Positions 26,441 to 36,634 of a stretch of DNA of 58,993 nt are shown piece by piece. A model generated the notes under the pieces. It saw nothing but the letters and a program-made list of their open reading frames with translations. It was not told where the DNA came from and did no database searches. Made by a program: the position numbers and the translations under genes. This DNA is from a virus. Taxonomy: Duplodnaviria > Caudoviricetes. Within the stretch, counting starts at the first letter, position 1. Each line of letters begins with the position of its first letter. Location: positions 1-58,993 of the IMG/VR virus record IMGVR_UViG_3300025276_000003. One strand, written 5' to 3'.

Positions 26441-26887
26441 ATGACTGAGGTAGTAATCTCGAATGAGTTTGAGCTTATTGCTCAGGCTATGTTACAAACT
26501 CGCGGCAACTTAGCTAAGGCTTCACGCTACGACACTGTAGAATATAATGCTATGAGTCTTAGGGCTGTAGTAAAAGATAACCCAGAGATTCGTCAACGCT
26601 ACCATGAACTACTTGCTGAAGAAATGCAAGAAAAGGGATTGCACATAGCAGAACGAATCCTGAAGATGGCGGAGATGCAAGAAGAGTCCTTCGGAGGTAC
26701 TATCATTGATGGTAACGGTGAAGAACAGCATATCCCAGCAGATCCAGCTACGGCTATAAGGATCTCACAAGAAATTTCAAGGTTAATAGCTGAAGGTAAG
26801 GGTCAACCAATGTCTGGTTCGGCCACACTTATCTTAGCTGCGACCATAGATGGGAAAGAGTTACTCAAATCTTTCCTTGATGACTAG
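26441..26887 (+). CDS. terS: Putative terminase small subunit
   Basis: Helical 148-aa protein immediately upstream of TerL. Confidence 0.6.
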   Translation: MTEVVISNEFELIAQAMLQTRGNLAKASRYDTVEYNAMSLRAVVKDNPEIRQRYHELLAEEMQEKGLHIAERILKMAEMQEESFGGTIIDGNGEEQHIPADPATAIRISQEISRLIAEGKGQPMSGSATLILAATIDGKELLKSFLDD

Positions 26888-26896
26888 GAGCTGACC

Positions 26897-28489
26897 ATGA
26901 GCAAGATTTCAAAGATGTCAGACCTAGAAGTAGAAGCAATAAATACCATACTAATCAATGACTTCGAGCTGTTTTCTCAGTTCTGTTTTAAGATTATGAC
27001 AGGTCAAAAGTTGCTACATGTTGATTACTACGTGATACTCTTCGAGGCAATACAACGCCTGATAGATCAAGACTGTAACCGTATGATAATCAACATACCA
27101 CCAAGAGCAGGTAAGACGCTATTAATTAGTATATTCTTACCGCTATTTGCTTGGTGTAGAAATCCCAGTGGGCAGTCAATACTTACGGGATTTAACTCTG
27201 ACGTACTAGCAGAGTGCTCTGGATACATTAGGACGATTATGTCTGATCCAGACTTCCAACGTGTGTTCCCTAATGTTGTCATAGATAACAATAAGAAATC
27301 CGTTGAGCGGCTAGGTACAATGAGTGCTGGAGTCCTCCACGCGATCCCCACTACTGGTAAGATGACAGGTAAAGGTGCAGGAGCGTTAGTGGAGGGCTTT
27401 GCAGGGATTATGGCTATCGATGATGTCATAAAACCTGACGATGCTAACTCTCCAACAGAGAGAGATAAGATTAACAGAAGGTTTAGTAACACACTTCTGT
27501 CTAGACTTGCAACAGAAACTACACCATTAGCAATCATAATGCAGAGGCTTCATGCCGATGATCTATGTGGCTTCCTTATGAAAGGTGGCTCCAACGATAC
27601 ATATGAATGGCTAAACATACCGGGTATCATTACTAAGGATACCGGCAGCAAAGAGTGGTACGACAAACAAATTGACCAGTTCGGATACACTAACGTAACT
27701 CCTATATACTATTCACTAGCTGACAGCAAGACTAGAGATTTTGAAGAGAGGGAGTTTGAGGGTGAGATGAAGCTTGTCAGTTCATTTTGGTCTGTAAGAA
27801 AGAACATTGACACACTGTTAGGTTTGCTAACTAAAGATCCATACACCTTTTACTCTCAGTACATGGGAGCACCAGTTGGTAAGGGTAGGTCAGCACTATC
27901 AATGGAGTCAATACACTCTTACACAGACCTTGAGAACTATAGAATAAGATATACCTTTATCACAGCTGACACTGCATCAACTAAGCAGTCATACTCAGAC
28001 TATACTGTAGCGTGCCATTGGGGCGTTACGACATGCAAGAAACTTATCTTGCTGGATATGGTTCGTGATAAATGGGAAGTACCTGAGCTAATCATAGCTA
28101 TGAGAGATTTCTGGAGAGAGAAGAACACATTCGATATGGATGCGCCTACTATGAAACCAGTAGCTTTCTACATGGAAGATAAGTCTTCAGGTCAGTTCTT
28201 GAATCAACAATTTTTAAAGGATGGCACTGTAAACGTGCGACCTGTTCCCAGAGATGGTACAGCAGGCAACGACAAGTTTACAAGATTCCTTAATACGGTC
28301 AGCTACTTCGATGAAGGTCGAGTACTGATCCCACGTTCACACGAACATACACATGCAATTAAGCTTGAACTGTTAGGCCAATCCGAACTAGGACCATCCA
28401 CAGGACACGATGACATTGCTGACAATTTCTCCGATGCTGTAGTAATAGCCTTTTCACAAGGGACTATGAGCTATGAAGCTTGGAGCTAG
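26897..28489 (+). CDS. terL: Terminase large subunit
   Basis: NIPPRAGKT, IDDVIKP, IIMQRLH, TADTA, EDKSSG, HDDIADN. Confidence 0.95.
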   Translation: MSKISKMSDLEVEAINTILINDFELFSQFCFKIMTGQKLLHVDYYVILFEAIQRLIDQDCNRMIINIPPRAGKTLLISIFLPLFAWCRNPSGQSILTGFNSDVLAECSGYIRTIMSDPDFQRVFPNVVIDNNKKSVERLGTMSAGVLHAIPTTGKMTGKGAGALVEGFAGIMAIDDVIKPDDANSPTERDKINRRFSNTLLSRLATETTPLAIIMQRLHADDLCGFLMKGGSNDTYEWLNIPGIITKDTGSKEWYDKQIDQFGYTNVTPIYYSLADSKTRDFEEREFEGEMKLVSSFWSVRKNIDTLLGLLTKDPYTFYSQYMGAPVGKGRSALSMESIHSYTDLENYRIRYTFITADTASTKQSYSDYTVACHWGVTTCKKLILLDMVRDKWEVPELIIAMRDFWREKNTFDMDAPTMKPVAFYMEDKSSGQFLNQQFLKDGTVNVRPVPRDGTAGNDKFTRFLNTVSYFDEGRVLIPRSHEHTHAIKLELLGQSELGPSTGHDDIADNFSDAVVIAFSQGTMSYEAWS

Positions 28490-28498
28490 GAGAACACC

Positions 28499-28681
28499 AT
28501 GTTAAAGACTCGGCTTGATGGCCGTTCAGAAGAAAACAGTTCATTTGAATTAAAAGATAAGGACGGGACATTGCTTGCCACTATTAAATTAGCTAGTGGC
28601 AGCAGTGCTACTTTAGAAGTATCAACCGCAGAAGGTTTGTACATTGAAAAGCCAAGTGGTTGGAGTTCACAACGTAAATAG
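28499..28681 (+). CDS. Hypothetical protein
   Basis: AGGAG RBS. Confidence 0.55.
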   Translation: MLKTRLDGRSEENSSFELKDKDGTLLATIKLASGSSATLEVSTAEGLYIEKPSGWSSQRK

Positions 28682-28690
28682 GAGTTTAAT

Positions 28691-29029
28691 ATGTCTTGCT
28701 CAGATCTTCCTGAATATGATATAGAGTTATACAGTGGTGATGACAAGACGCTGAAGTTTAGATACAAGACAAGTGGTGCTGCAATTGATATCACAAGTTA
28801 CGAAATAGAGCTTGAGTGCTCTTCACCAGAGCTAGCTAAGATGGCCGTGATAGCTGACCAGACTACTAACACAGGGGAGTATTCTTTTGTGTATGTACCT
28901 GCTGATACCATTGGCCTTGAGGTTCGTCGTGTTAAATATGAAGTAGTTTTCTGGCCAACAGGGTTGACAGGAACTAAACAAACTATGTACCGTGGATCTA
29001 TACTAATAACACCGGAGCGAGTATTATGA
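28691..29029 (+). CDS. Putative structural adaptor (BppU-N-like Ig fold)
   Basis: GDDKTLKF..G.AIDITSY...GEY.F...DT...YEV..G.I pattern; coupled to the collagen-fibre gene. Confidence 0.5.
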   Translation: MSCSDLPEYDIELYSGDDKTLKFRYKTSGAAIDITSYEIELECSSPELAKMAVIADQTTNTGEYSFVYVPADTIGLEVRRVKYEVVFWPTGLTGTKQTMYRGSILITPERVL

Positions 29030-31137
29030 CAACTACATTAGAAATACTTGTGGATAGTGAAAGTGTTGTAGAGGTTGTTGAGTCAGGCCCATCAGGCCCG
29101 GCAGGTGCTGACTCTACTGTACCCGGCCCTCAAGGAGAGGATGGCACAGATGGCACAGATGGAATAGATGGCCAAGATGGACAAGACGGTGAAGATGGAC
29201 AAGATGGACAAGACGGTGAAGATGGACAAGATGGCCAAGATGGACAAGATGGTGAAGACGGCGAAGATGGTGAAGACGCACTATCTGAGGTGCTGGATTA
29301 CGTAGATATCTTGGGTGCGCTGGGAGAAGGTGTTTCCCCCTCTTGGGATAAGTCTACTTTCAATGCAGCAATAGCAGCTCAAGCTTGTACAGTCACTATA
29401 GTTGGGACTTCAATTGCGGTGGGTACAGCAGAGGCTGAAAACTCTAACACTTGGACAAACAAACTTAAAGAATACATTCAGTATAAGTACCCTGACGTTG
29501 TATTTACTTTTAATAACCTAGCACTGGGCGGAAGGTCTATCGTTAATTATAACAACTCAGGGTATGTAGGCTCATCAGACCCGGCAGTTGACAGCAGTGT
29601 TGGGTATTACGTCGAAGCTAACCCTGATACATGGCCTGCCGGTTCAACAGTAGGTCAATCTTGGAAGGACGCAGCACAAGCAACAGCTCCTGATTTATTT
29701 ATTATGGCTCATGGTCAGAATGATAGAGCCTATGCCTACACATATCAAAGTTACCTAAATACGGCAATCAATGACGCTTTAAGCTGGACTAAGGCACCCT
29801 CTATTGCGCTGGTATCAGAACTCTTACCTCGGTCAAATGTAGTAGGATTTGATAGGATAAGTGATATAGCAAACTACTTGCGCTGGTATGCAATGTACAA
29901 CAGCTATGGTCTTATAGATGTAAACAGAGCATGGAGAGCAGTTAGACAGAATATTGATTGCTTTAGAACAGTGGCTCAACGCCAAGACTCAGTAGCAGGT
30001 TGGACTCAGTCGGGTGCGACGGCAACTCTAACAGCTGACTCACTTACAAATACAAGTAGCACAAACGCTTTTATTACTAAGGTTGGTGACTATGGTGGGC
30101 TAAGACTTAGTTTTGATTTTACACCTACGACAAACCAAGCAGACTGGGAAATTGCAGCAAACATAGTGTCTACAGGAGACACGGACAATGGTTGTGTCTG
30201 GATACAGCGTTCTGGTTCTCTTATAAAGATAAAGAAAAGACCTATAGCAGGCAATGAACAGTCGTTCGCTATAGTGGCTCCCGTTGCTGGGACTGTGGAA
30301 AAGTGGGATGTCCGGGTAAAACGAGGAGCAATACAGATTCACCTCAATGGTCTTTTTGTTGGTAGCTTCTTTCATAAACAAACTTCTGGTAGTGGCTCTG
30401 TCCAATTTGGATTAAACACAGGTTCAGCAACAAATATAGTTTGTGACTTGGAGAACCAACCTAGAGTGTTTGCGGAAGATGTAGCAACCGACGACGAACT
30501 GTTAGGAATAACACAAGGTGCCTGGCAATCAGGTGACTACACAGTTGGTGGAAATTCAATCAACCACCCAAGTAGACTAGGTTTGAGTAGAGTTTTCGAT
30601 GTGGTTATTAGACAGTTTGTTAATGAACTACCTCTACTAGACTACAAATCTTCGGTGGCTTCTTCCAGCAGTGTAGTTCCAGTGATGTTAAACTGCTTAG
30701 CTAGATCTCCTTTAAGCATACCTTCAAACCAAGGCTGGACTGGATTACACAAGGTTGCGTACAGTACACCTGTTGTTGGTGGCACTCCTTCATGGTTTAC
30801 TCTCTCATCAGATGGGTTCTCAATTACCTTGAGTGAAGATGGAGTATACGAGCTTAGTCACAATACATTTGTTGAGACTACGCTTGGAGAACGTTCAAGT
30901 CCTAGTGCAAGGTTTTCTATTGGTGGAGTATTACAGGCAATAAGGCCAGCCACAGGATACATACGTGCATCAGCAGATCACTTTGAGTCGTCAACACACA
31001 TAGCTAACTACCTTGTAGAGCGAAGTGGAAGTGACTTAGTATTGACTGTGCCGTTAGGTAACGAATCTTTTCCCATAGCAACAAATGCCAGCATGTTAGC
31101 AGGTGAGAGTACGCTAACAATTAAGAAGATAACATAA
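29026..31137 (+). CDS. Collagen-stalk fibre with SGNH/GDSL esterase domain, inserted beta-sandwich and C-terminal C1q/BclA-like domain
   Basis: G-X-D collagen repeats; SGNH blocks VGTSI, LGGRS, HGQND, NHPS. Confidence 0.7.
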   Translation: MTTTLEILVDSESVVEVVESGPSGPAGADSTVPGPQGEDGTDGTDGIDGQDGQDGEDGQDGQDGEDGQDGQDGQDGEDGEDGEDALSEVLDYVDILGALGEGVSPSWDKSTFNAAIAAQACTVTIVGTSIAVGTAEAENSNTWTNKLKEYIQYKYPDVVFTFNNLALGGRSIVNYNNSGYVGSSDPAVDSSVGYYVEANPDTWPAGSTVGQSWKDAAQATAPDLFIMAHGQNDRAYAYTYQSYLNTAINDALSWTKAPSIALVSELLPRSNVVGFDRISDIANYLRWYAMYNSYGLIDVNRAWRAVRQNIDCFRTVAQRQDSVAGWTQSGATATLTADSLTNTSSTNAFITKVGDYGGLRLSFDFTPTTNQADWEIAANIVSTGDTDNGCVWIQRSGSLIKIKKRPIAGNEQSFAIVAPVAGTVEKWDVRVKRGAIQIHLNGLFVGSFFHKQTSGSGSVQFGLNTGSATNIVCDLENQPRVFAEDVATDDELLGITQGAWQSGDYTVGGNSINHPSRLGLSRVFDVVIRQFVNELPLLDYKSSVASSSSVVPVMLNCLARSPLSIPSNQGWTGLHKVAYSTPVVGGTPSWFTLSSDGFSITLSEDGVYELSHNTFVETTLGERSSPSARFSIGGVLQAIRPATGYIRASADHFESSTHIANYLVERSGSDLVLTVPLGNESFPIATNASMLAGESTLTIKKIT
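29134..29277 (+). repeat. 9-bp coding tandem repeat (16 G-X-D collagen triplets)
   Basis: GGACAAGAT/GGTGAAGAT-type units. Confidence 0.9.
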
Positions 31138-31149
31138 ACAGAGGCTAAT

Positions 31150-32463
31150 ATGATTGAAAAGAATGACAAGACTATGGCTTCCGTAACAATGGACGCTGTG
31201 CAAACTACTGATGGGTTGCAGAATTTAGCAACAGGTTTAGGCACTGTAAAAGACAAAGCTTTCCACAACGCTTGGAATCACTCTGGCAGAAACTATGATC
31301 ACGTATCATTGTCTGCCAGATTCCGAGAAGACTGGGTAAGCCAGAAAGTAATAAAGATAGTACCACAAGATATGACACGAGAGTGGCGTAAGCTTGAAAC
31401 TGAAGAAGCACAAGAAGCAGATGATGAGTTTGAGGTAGCACGACTGTACCGTGAAGCTTACCAGTGGGCTAGGTTGTATGGTACAAGCTTTATCATACTT
31501 GATATAGACGATGGACGAGTGACTGACAAGCCTGTAAACTGGGCCAAGCTAAAGCCCGGATGCCTGAGATCTATGCATGTAGTTGACAGAACTCGAATTA
31601 CCGTTATTGGTGACATAGACCAAGAGCCTATGAGTCCTACTTTCGGTATGCCAACACACTATCAGTTTGTAAACAGTCCTACTCCTATTCACAAGGACAG
31701 GATCATACGCTTTGAAGGAACAGAGCTGCCTATTTATGAAAGGCAACGTAACTTGTGGTACAGTGATAGTATATTGATACCACTAACCTCCCAAATAGAT
31801 AACTTTCACACTACGTCAATGGCTGCTGCACAGATGGTGCAAGAAGCTAATACTGACGTTATCTCTATTGAGGGATTGCAAAACATCCTAGCTACCGATC
31901 AAGGTACAAATGCAATGCTCAATAGGTTTACTGCTTGGAAGCAGATTAAATCTGTATTCGGCGTTTCAATACTTGATAAGAACGAAGAGTTTGACCAGAA
32001 GAAGATCCAACTCTCAGGAGTTAAGGATCTGATATGGGAATACTTAAAGACTGTTGCTGCCTCTGTAGGTATACCAGCTACAAGATTCCTATCAGCATCT
32101 CCAGATGGCATGAACGCTACTGGCGAATCTGATTTGATAAACTATGTAGAGTTCTTACAAGGGTTACAGAAAGATGTATTTGTTCCACGACTAAAAACTG
32201 TTGACTTTCTATTGGCCAAGCACTTTGCTCTGCCTGAAGAAGACTTTAAGTACGAGTGGAATTGTATATTTCCTGAATCTGCTAGTCAGAAACAGGATAG
32301 ATTAAATGTTCAAGTTGAATGGTTAGTTGCACTGACTACTGCTGGTATTATGTCCAGAGAGTCTGCCTTGCAGCAAGCAATAGATGAGGGCATTGTAACT
32401 GGGGAAGCTAAGTTGGGTGATGACCCTGCCCCGCCTCCCACTGCAATAGGAACAACTAAATGA
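31150..32463 (+). CDS. Portal protein (DUF1073 type)
   Basis: DGLQNLATGLGT.KDK, WARLYG, IHKDRIIRF, GIPATRF..SPDGMNATGESD. Confidence 0.9.
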   Translation: MIEKNDKTMASVTMDAVQTTDGLQNLATGLGTVKDKAFHNAWNHSGRNYDHVSLSARFREDWVSQKVIKIVPQDMTREWRKLETEEAQEADDEFEVARLYREAYQWARLYGTSFIILDIDDGRVTDKPVNWAKLKPGCLRSMHVVDRTRITVIGDIDQEPMSPTFGMPTHYQFVNSPTPIHKDRIIRFEGTELPIYERQRNLWYSDSILIPLTSQIDNFHTTSMAAAQMVQEANTDVISIEGLQNILATDQGTNAMLNRFTAWKQIKSVFGVSILDKNEEFDQKKIQLSGVKDLIWEYLKTVAASVGIPATRFLSASPDGMNATGESDLINYVEFLQGLQKDVFVPRLKTVDFLLAKHFALPEEDFKYEWNCIFPESASQKQDRLNVQVEWLVALTTAGIMSRESALQQAIDEGIVTGEAKLGDDPAPPPTAIGTTK

Positions 32464-33569
32464 TAAAGTCAATCAGTGTAAATCTGGTAGACAGGATCGA
32501 AGTACCAACTAAGCGTGAGTTTACAGATGCGGGACAGATGATTGTTCCGTGTGCTTTTGCCCGCACTGGATCTCAACAGTACTCTGCTGGTAGCCTTGGG
32601 CTTATTGGCAAGGATGCTTCTGAGATGATTACAGTATTTCGAGATGAAGCTGACGTATTTGATTCAAAGTCAATGTCAAGCTTTCGGTCTGCACCAGTAA
32701 CAATTGGTCACCCACGCTTTGCAGATGGTAGTCCCAAGAACGTAACATCCGAGAATGCTCAAGAGCTACAGGTTGGTACACTCGAAGGAACTCCCGTCCG
32801 TGATGAAGACACACTTACAGGTACACTGGTGATAGCTAGACAAGATGCAATCGACATGATCGATGGCGGTACTGTTGAACTATCTGCTGGCTACACTTGT
32901 GACCTAATAGTAAATGACGAAGGTGAAATTTACCAACGTAACATTCGCGCTAATCACATAGCAATCGTAGACAAGGGCCGAGCTGGTTCTAGCTGTCGAA
33001 TAGCTGATGAGGAAGAAATGGATAAAGTAAATTTAGAAGATAAAGTTGAAGAGCTTGTTGAAGTTGAGGCTATCGTAGCTGACGTTGAAGAAGTTAAAGA
33101 AGAAGTTGTTGTAGTTGATGAGTTGGAAGTTTCTAAACTTGCTGTCGCTACCCTAACTGACGAGCTTGCTGTAGCACAATCTGCTGCTGCTAAGATGGAA
33201 GCTGAGCGTGATGCTTCTGTTGCTCAAGTTACCAAATTACAAGATGAGCTAGATGCCTCTGTTGGAGCATTAGTTGATGTAATCGTTATCGCTAAAGACC
33301 TGACTGACATGAAAGACTTTTCAGGTAAGACTTCTAGTGAAATCAAGATGGCCGTTGTCGTTGACAAGATGCCTGAAATGGACCTAGAATCTAAAAGTGA
33401 TGCATACGTTGAAGCCATGTTCGACATCATTGTTGATGCTGAAGGCGCTGAGACTCCAATGAGCAAGTTACTAAAGAAGGAAGCTACTGCTGTCGTTGTC
33501 GATAGTAAGCCTGTTGACTTAGTAAAAGAAGCTCGCCAAAAAATGATTGCTCGACAATCTCGCAAGTAA
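32460..33569 (+). CDS. Prohead protease/scaffold (DUF2213)
   Basis: ARTG.Q.Y, PVTIGHP, ELSAGY, NHIAIVDKGRAG, acidic coiled-coil tail. Confidence 0.9.
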   Translation: MIKSISVNLVDRIEVPTKREFTDAGQMIVPCAFARTGSQQYSAGSLGLIGKDASEMITVFRDEADVFDSKSMSSFRSAPVTIGHPRFADGSPKNVTSENAQELQVGTLEGTPVRDEDTLTGTLVIARQDAIDMIDGGTVELSAGYTCDLIVNDEGEIYQRNIRANHIAIVDKGRAGSSCRIADEEEMDKVNLEDKVEELVEVEAIVADVEEVKEEVVVVDELEVSKLAVATLTDELAVAQSAAAKMEAERDASVAQVTKLQDELDASVGALVDVIVIAKDLTDMKDFSGKTSSEIKMAVVVDKMPEMDLESKSDAYVEAMFDIIVDAEGAETPMSKLLKKEATAVVVDSKPVDLVKEARQKMIARQSRK

Positions 33570-33599
33570 TCAAACCCTAATATAAAGGAAATATTTCTA

Positions 33600-34055
33600 A
33601 TGGTCGCACAAGTTTTTAATATCTACACTGCTAAGGGTTACGCTGGTGACCTTCCCGATTCTACTTCTGCTTTAGTATCTCAGTCTGTTGTTGCAGCTGT
33701 TGAGCTAGGCTTTGGTCGTGCTGTAACTGGTACTGGCGCAATTTCTTCTGGCGGTTACGTACACGGAATCACTCGTCGTGAACTGAATCACGAAGCTGCT
33801 AACCGTCCTTCCGATGGTACTACTAACTACATCGTTGGATCTTCTGTATCTGTCCTTCGTCAAGGTTATATCTACGTTGAAGTCACTGGTCGTGCTGCTG
33901 TATCTGGTGCTGTTGCTAATGTTGTAACTGCTACTGGCGCATTCGCTGGTGGAGCTGCTGGAGCTGGCGAATCTGCTTCTACTAATGTTGTCTTCCAAGA
34001 AGCTGGCATAGTCGGATCTGTTGTTAAAGCATGGATTGAGCATCAGCCAATTTAA
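33600..34055 (+). CDS. Head decoration/cement protein
   Basis: Lies between scaffold and capsid; FGRAV, VSVLRQGYIYV motifs; high-expression codon usage. Confidence 0.75.
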   Translation: MVAQVFNIYTAKGYAGDLPDSTSALVSQSVVAAVELGFGRAVTGTGAISSGGYVHGITRRELNHEAANRPSDGTTNYIVGSSVSVLRQGYIYVEVTGRAAVSGAVANVVTATGAFAGGAAGAGESASTNVVFQEAGIVGSVVKAWIEHQPI

Positions 34056-34086
34056 GCTGTTTCTCTGACCTAGTAATCAAATATAA

Positions 34087-34105
34087 GGGAGTCTAGAAGG
34101 CTCCC
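34087..34105 (+). other. Short hairpin upstream of the capsid RBS
   Basis: GGGAGTCT-AGA-AGGCTCCC. Confidence 0.4.
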
Positions 34106-34123
34106 CTTTAAGGAATTTAATAA

Positions 34124-35203
34124 ATGAAGACTGTAAATATTGCACTGTTTGACGAAGCTGGATTGCCAAGCGGAACTGAAGAAGTCGTACTGACTGACGC
34201 CGTTGAGATGCTTGTTGCTCAAGGCGCACTTACTACTGATAGCGAAGGTGTTTTCTTCCAACGTCAGCTCGAATACATTCAAGCTCAAAGCTTTGACGTA
34301 CTTTACCCAGATCTAATGGGTCGTGAGATCTTTGCTTTGAACACTGAAGGCGGAGAAGGGATCAACCAGATCACTTACCGTAGCTATGACAAGCGCGGCG
34401 AGACTGCGATCATTGCTGGTAAAGCAACTAACTTGCCACGTGGTGACATCGATGGTAAGGAATACACCATTGACGTTCGTACTCTTGGTAACGCTTTCGG
34501 TTACTCTCGTCAAGAATTGGCTGCTAGCCGTTTGACTGGTATGCCTCTGGAGCAGCGTAAAGCTGAAGCCACTCGTCGTTCATACGAAGAGAAAATCAAC
34601 CAGATCATCTTCTTCGGTGCTGAAGAAAACCGTATCAATGGTTTGTTCGGTGGTGTTGCTGCTGGTCCTTGGTCACAAGCTACTCGTACTGTTGTTGCTG
34701 CTGCTGCTGGTGGTGGTAACTCAACTGTCTGGGGCGTAGATAAAACTCCTGATGAAGTTATTGCTGACTTGACTGGTGCTTGTGCTCAGATGTATGCCGA
34801 CACCAAGAAATTGTTCCGTCCTAACAAGGTACTTATCTCTGTTGAGAAGAAGCAATACTTGATGAACACTCCACGTTCTATCCACAGTGATGTTAGCATC
34901 ATGGACTGGTTCATTGGTAACAACATGTTCATTACTTCTAAAGAATCTTTCATGGACATCAACGAGCTGGAAGGCATCTACACTACTGATGGTACTTCTG
35001 CATTCGATCCAGCTGGCGCTTCTGCTAATGGGTTTACTTTGTTGGCGGAGTCTGGTGAAAACATGCGTGTTCGTGAGCCATTCCCATACGTCCACTTGCC
35101 CGTACAGTACGAAGGACTTGAATTTGTAATCAACTGCTATGGCCGTTTCGCTGGTCTTGAGTTGGTTCGTCCCGGTGCTGTTCAGCATTTCGAAAACTGC
35201 TAA
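34124..35203 (+). CDS. Major capsid protein (DUF2184-type HK97 fold)
   Basis: FFQRQLEYI, FGYSRQEL.A, NQIIFFG, KTPDEVIADL; strongest codon bias. Confidence 0.9.
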   Translation: MKTVNIALFDEAGLPSGTEEVVLTDAVEMLVAQGALTTDSEGVFFQRQLEYIQAQSFDVLYPDLMGREIFALNTEGGEGINQITYRSYDKRGETAIIAGKATNLPRGDIDGKEYTIDVRTLGNAFGYSRQELAASRLTGMPLEQRKAEATRRSYEEKINQIIFFGAEENRINGLFGGVAAGPWSQATRTVVAAAAGGGNSTVWGVDKTPDEVIADLTGACAQMYADTKKLFRPNKVLISVEKKQYLMNTPRSIHSDVSIMDWFIGNNMFITSKESFMDINELEGIYTTDGTSAFDPAGASANGFTLLAESGENMRVREPFPYVHLPVQYEGLEFVINCYGRFAGLELVRPGAVQHFENC

Positions 35204-35209
35204 CTCTTA

Positions 35210-35238
35210 TGGCCCTGCTTGTGTGGGGCCAGCTTTTT
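35210..35238 (+). terminator. Terminator after the major capsid gene
   Basis: TGGCCCTGC-TTGT-GTGGGGCCA followed by GCTTTTT. Confidence 0.7.
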
Positions 35239-35250
35239 GGAGCAAGACAA

Positions 35251-35589
35251 ATGTCTCAGGCGGAAACTGTCCTTTCAGAAGTTCCTAAATGGATTACAAT
35301 GTTCATATCTGTATTTGCCGTAATTGCTACTATGGCTGTCGGGTACGGAACAACTCAGACTCGTATAGATGCTGTTGCAACTAGACAATCTGAACACTCA
35401 ACTACTATCAATACTATAGAAAGAAAAATAGTACTTGTTGAAAAAGAATTGCTACGAGATAGGATTACAATAGAATTTATACAGGGTACAATGGTTGAAT
35501 TAACTAACCAATCCTCAGAAGCTCTAGAAATTAATCGTAAAATTGTAGAATTTATTAAAAAAATTGATAACAGAGAGAATCAAAAATGA
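35251..35589 (+). CDS. Single-TM coiled-coil protein (possible lysis accessory)
   Basis: N-proximal TM WITMFISVFAVIATMAVGY, then a coiled coil; ATG after GGAG. Confidence 0.5.
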   Translation: MSQAETVLSEVPKWITMFISVFAVIATMAVGYGTTQTRIDAVATRQSEHSTTINTIERKIVLVEKELLRDRITIEFIQGTMVELTNQSSEALEINRKIVEFIKKIDNRENQK

Positions 35590-35879
35590 AAATTAAATCA
35601 ACTGTAGGTCATAACTTAGGTTTGTTTGCAACTTATGTAGAAGGAAAAGGTGTAGCTCAGCGAATTCAAATTGTTTCTGGATCAACTTTGGAGTTAGAAG
35701 ATTCTGTTTGGGCGATGTATGCCAAGGCAGCCTCTGGTCCTTTAGAGTCCGGTGCTCTTGTTATTGTTGAAGCTGTTAAAAAGACTGATGCTGAAGTTAA
35801 AGCTGAGAAAGATGCTGCTGTTAAAGCTGCTAAAGCTCTTATAGCTGAAGACAGTAAGCCAACTGATAAGGGAAAGTAA
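35586..35879 (+). CDS. Hypothetical virion-associated protein
   Basis: Located in the head-tail region; Ala/Lys-rich C-terminus. Confidence 0.6.
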   Translation: MKIKSTVGHNLGLFATYVEGKGVAQRIQIVSGSTLELEDSVWAMYAKAASGPLESGALVIVEAVKKTDAEVKAEKDAAVKAAKALIAEDSKPTDKGK

Positions 35880-35880
35880 T

Positions 35881-36246
35881 ATGACTGCTACAGTTGTAAG
35901 CTTTGGAACACGCTTCCCAGAATTCTGTGATGTAGATGACGATAGAGTACAACTGTTCTTGGATGATGCCGCTTTACTAATGGGTACAGACGATGGGCGA
36001 TGGTTAGACTTTTATAGTGTCGCTCATGCGTATCATGCAGCTCACTTGCTTACTGCGGGTGAAGCTTCTGAGTCTGGAGACTATGGCATTTTAGCTCCTG
36101 TCAAGAGGCAGGAAGTTGATGATGTTGTTATAGAAAGTGCTATTGGAAATATATCGGCTACTGCTGATGACTATTTCTCCACTACCTATGGTAAGCGTTA
36201 CATTCACTATCGTAAGATCTGTTTTATGGGTCCAGTGGGAGTTTAA
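35881..36246 (+). CDS. Head-tail adaptor (DUF4054)
   Basis: F..RFPEF, AAHLL, TTYGKRY. Confidence 0.85.
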   Translation: MTATVVSFGTRFPEFCDVDDDRVQLFLDDAALLMGTDDGRWLDFYSVAHAYHAAHLLTAGEASESGDYGILAPVKRQEVDDVVIESAIGNISATADDYFSTTYGKRYIHYRKICFMGPVGV

Positions 36247-36250
36247 CATT

Positions 36251-36634
36251 ATGGCTAGTATGAATATGCGTAGGGCCTTTAATAGTAAGATGCTAACAAA
36301 GATCAAAAAGTATTCTATTACTGGCGGAGCTTATGATGTAGACAACAATTGGATTCAAGGGCAGGCTTCAGTATCTAATATTTATGGTGTGATAAAAGCA
36401 GGTAATAAGTTTTCTCAATTTGATGAAGGTATATCCAAACACTTAGATGAGGGTGGCATACGTAATAGTGACTATTGGTCTTTGTACGTAGTCAATAAAT
36501 ACTCCTTAGAAATGAATGATAAGGTATACTTTCACGGCAGGTACTACAACGTTATGCAACAGTCAGATGAAAGAGAGTTCGGATTTCATTCTTACCTAGT
36601 AGAACGTGTACACAATTGGGAGCCGCCATCATGA
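36251..36634 (+). CDS. Head-closure protein
   Basis: Synteny; G.YD..NNWI.G and D.V.F.G..Y.V pattern. Confidence 0.65.
   Translation: MASMNMRRAFNSKMLTKIKKYSITGGAYDVDNNWIQGQASVSNIYGVIKAGNKFSQFDEGISKHLDEGGIRNSDYWSLYVVNKYSLEMNDKVYFHGRYYNVMQQSDEREFGFHSYLVERVHNWEPPS

Noticed and set aside
31150-32463. Anti-CBASS Acb1 (a label often given to DUF1073 portals)
   Set aside because: No 2H phosphodiesterase (HxT/S) domain extension seen; an ordinary portal-sized protein.
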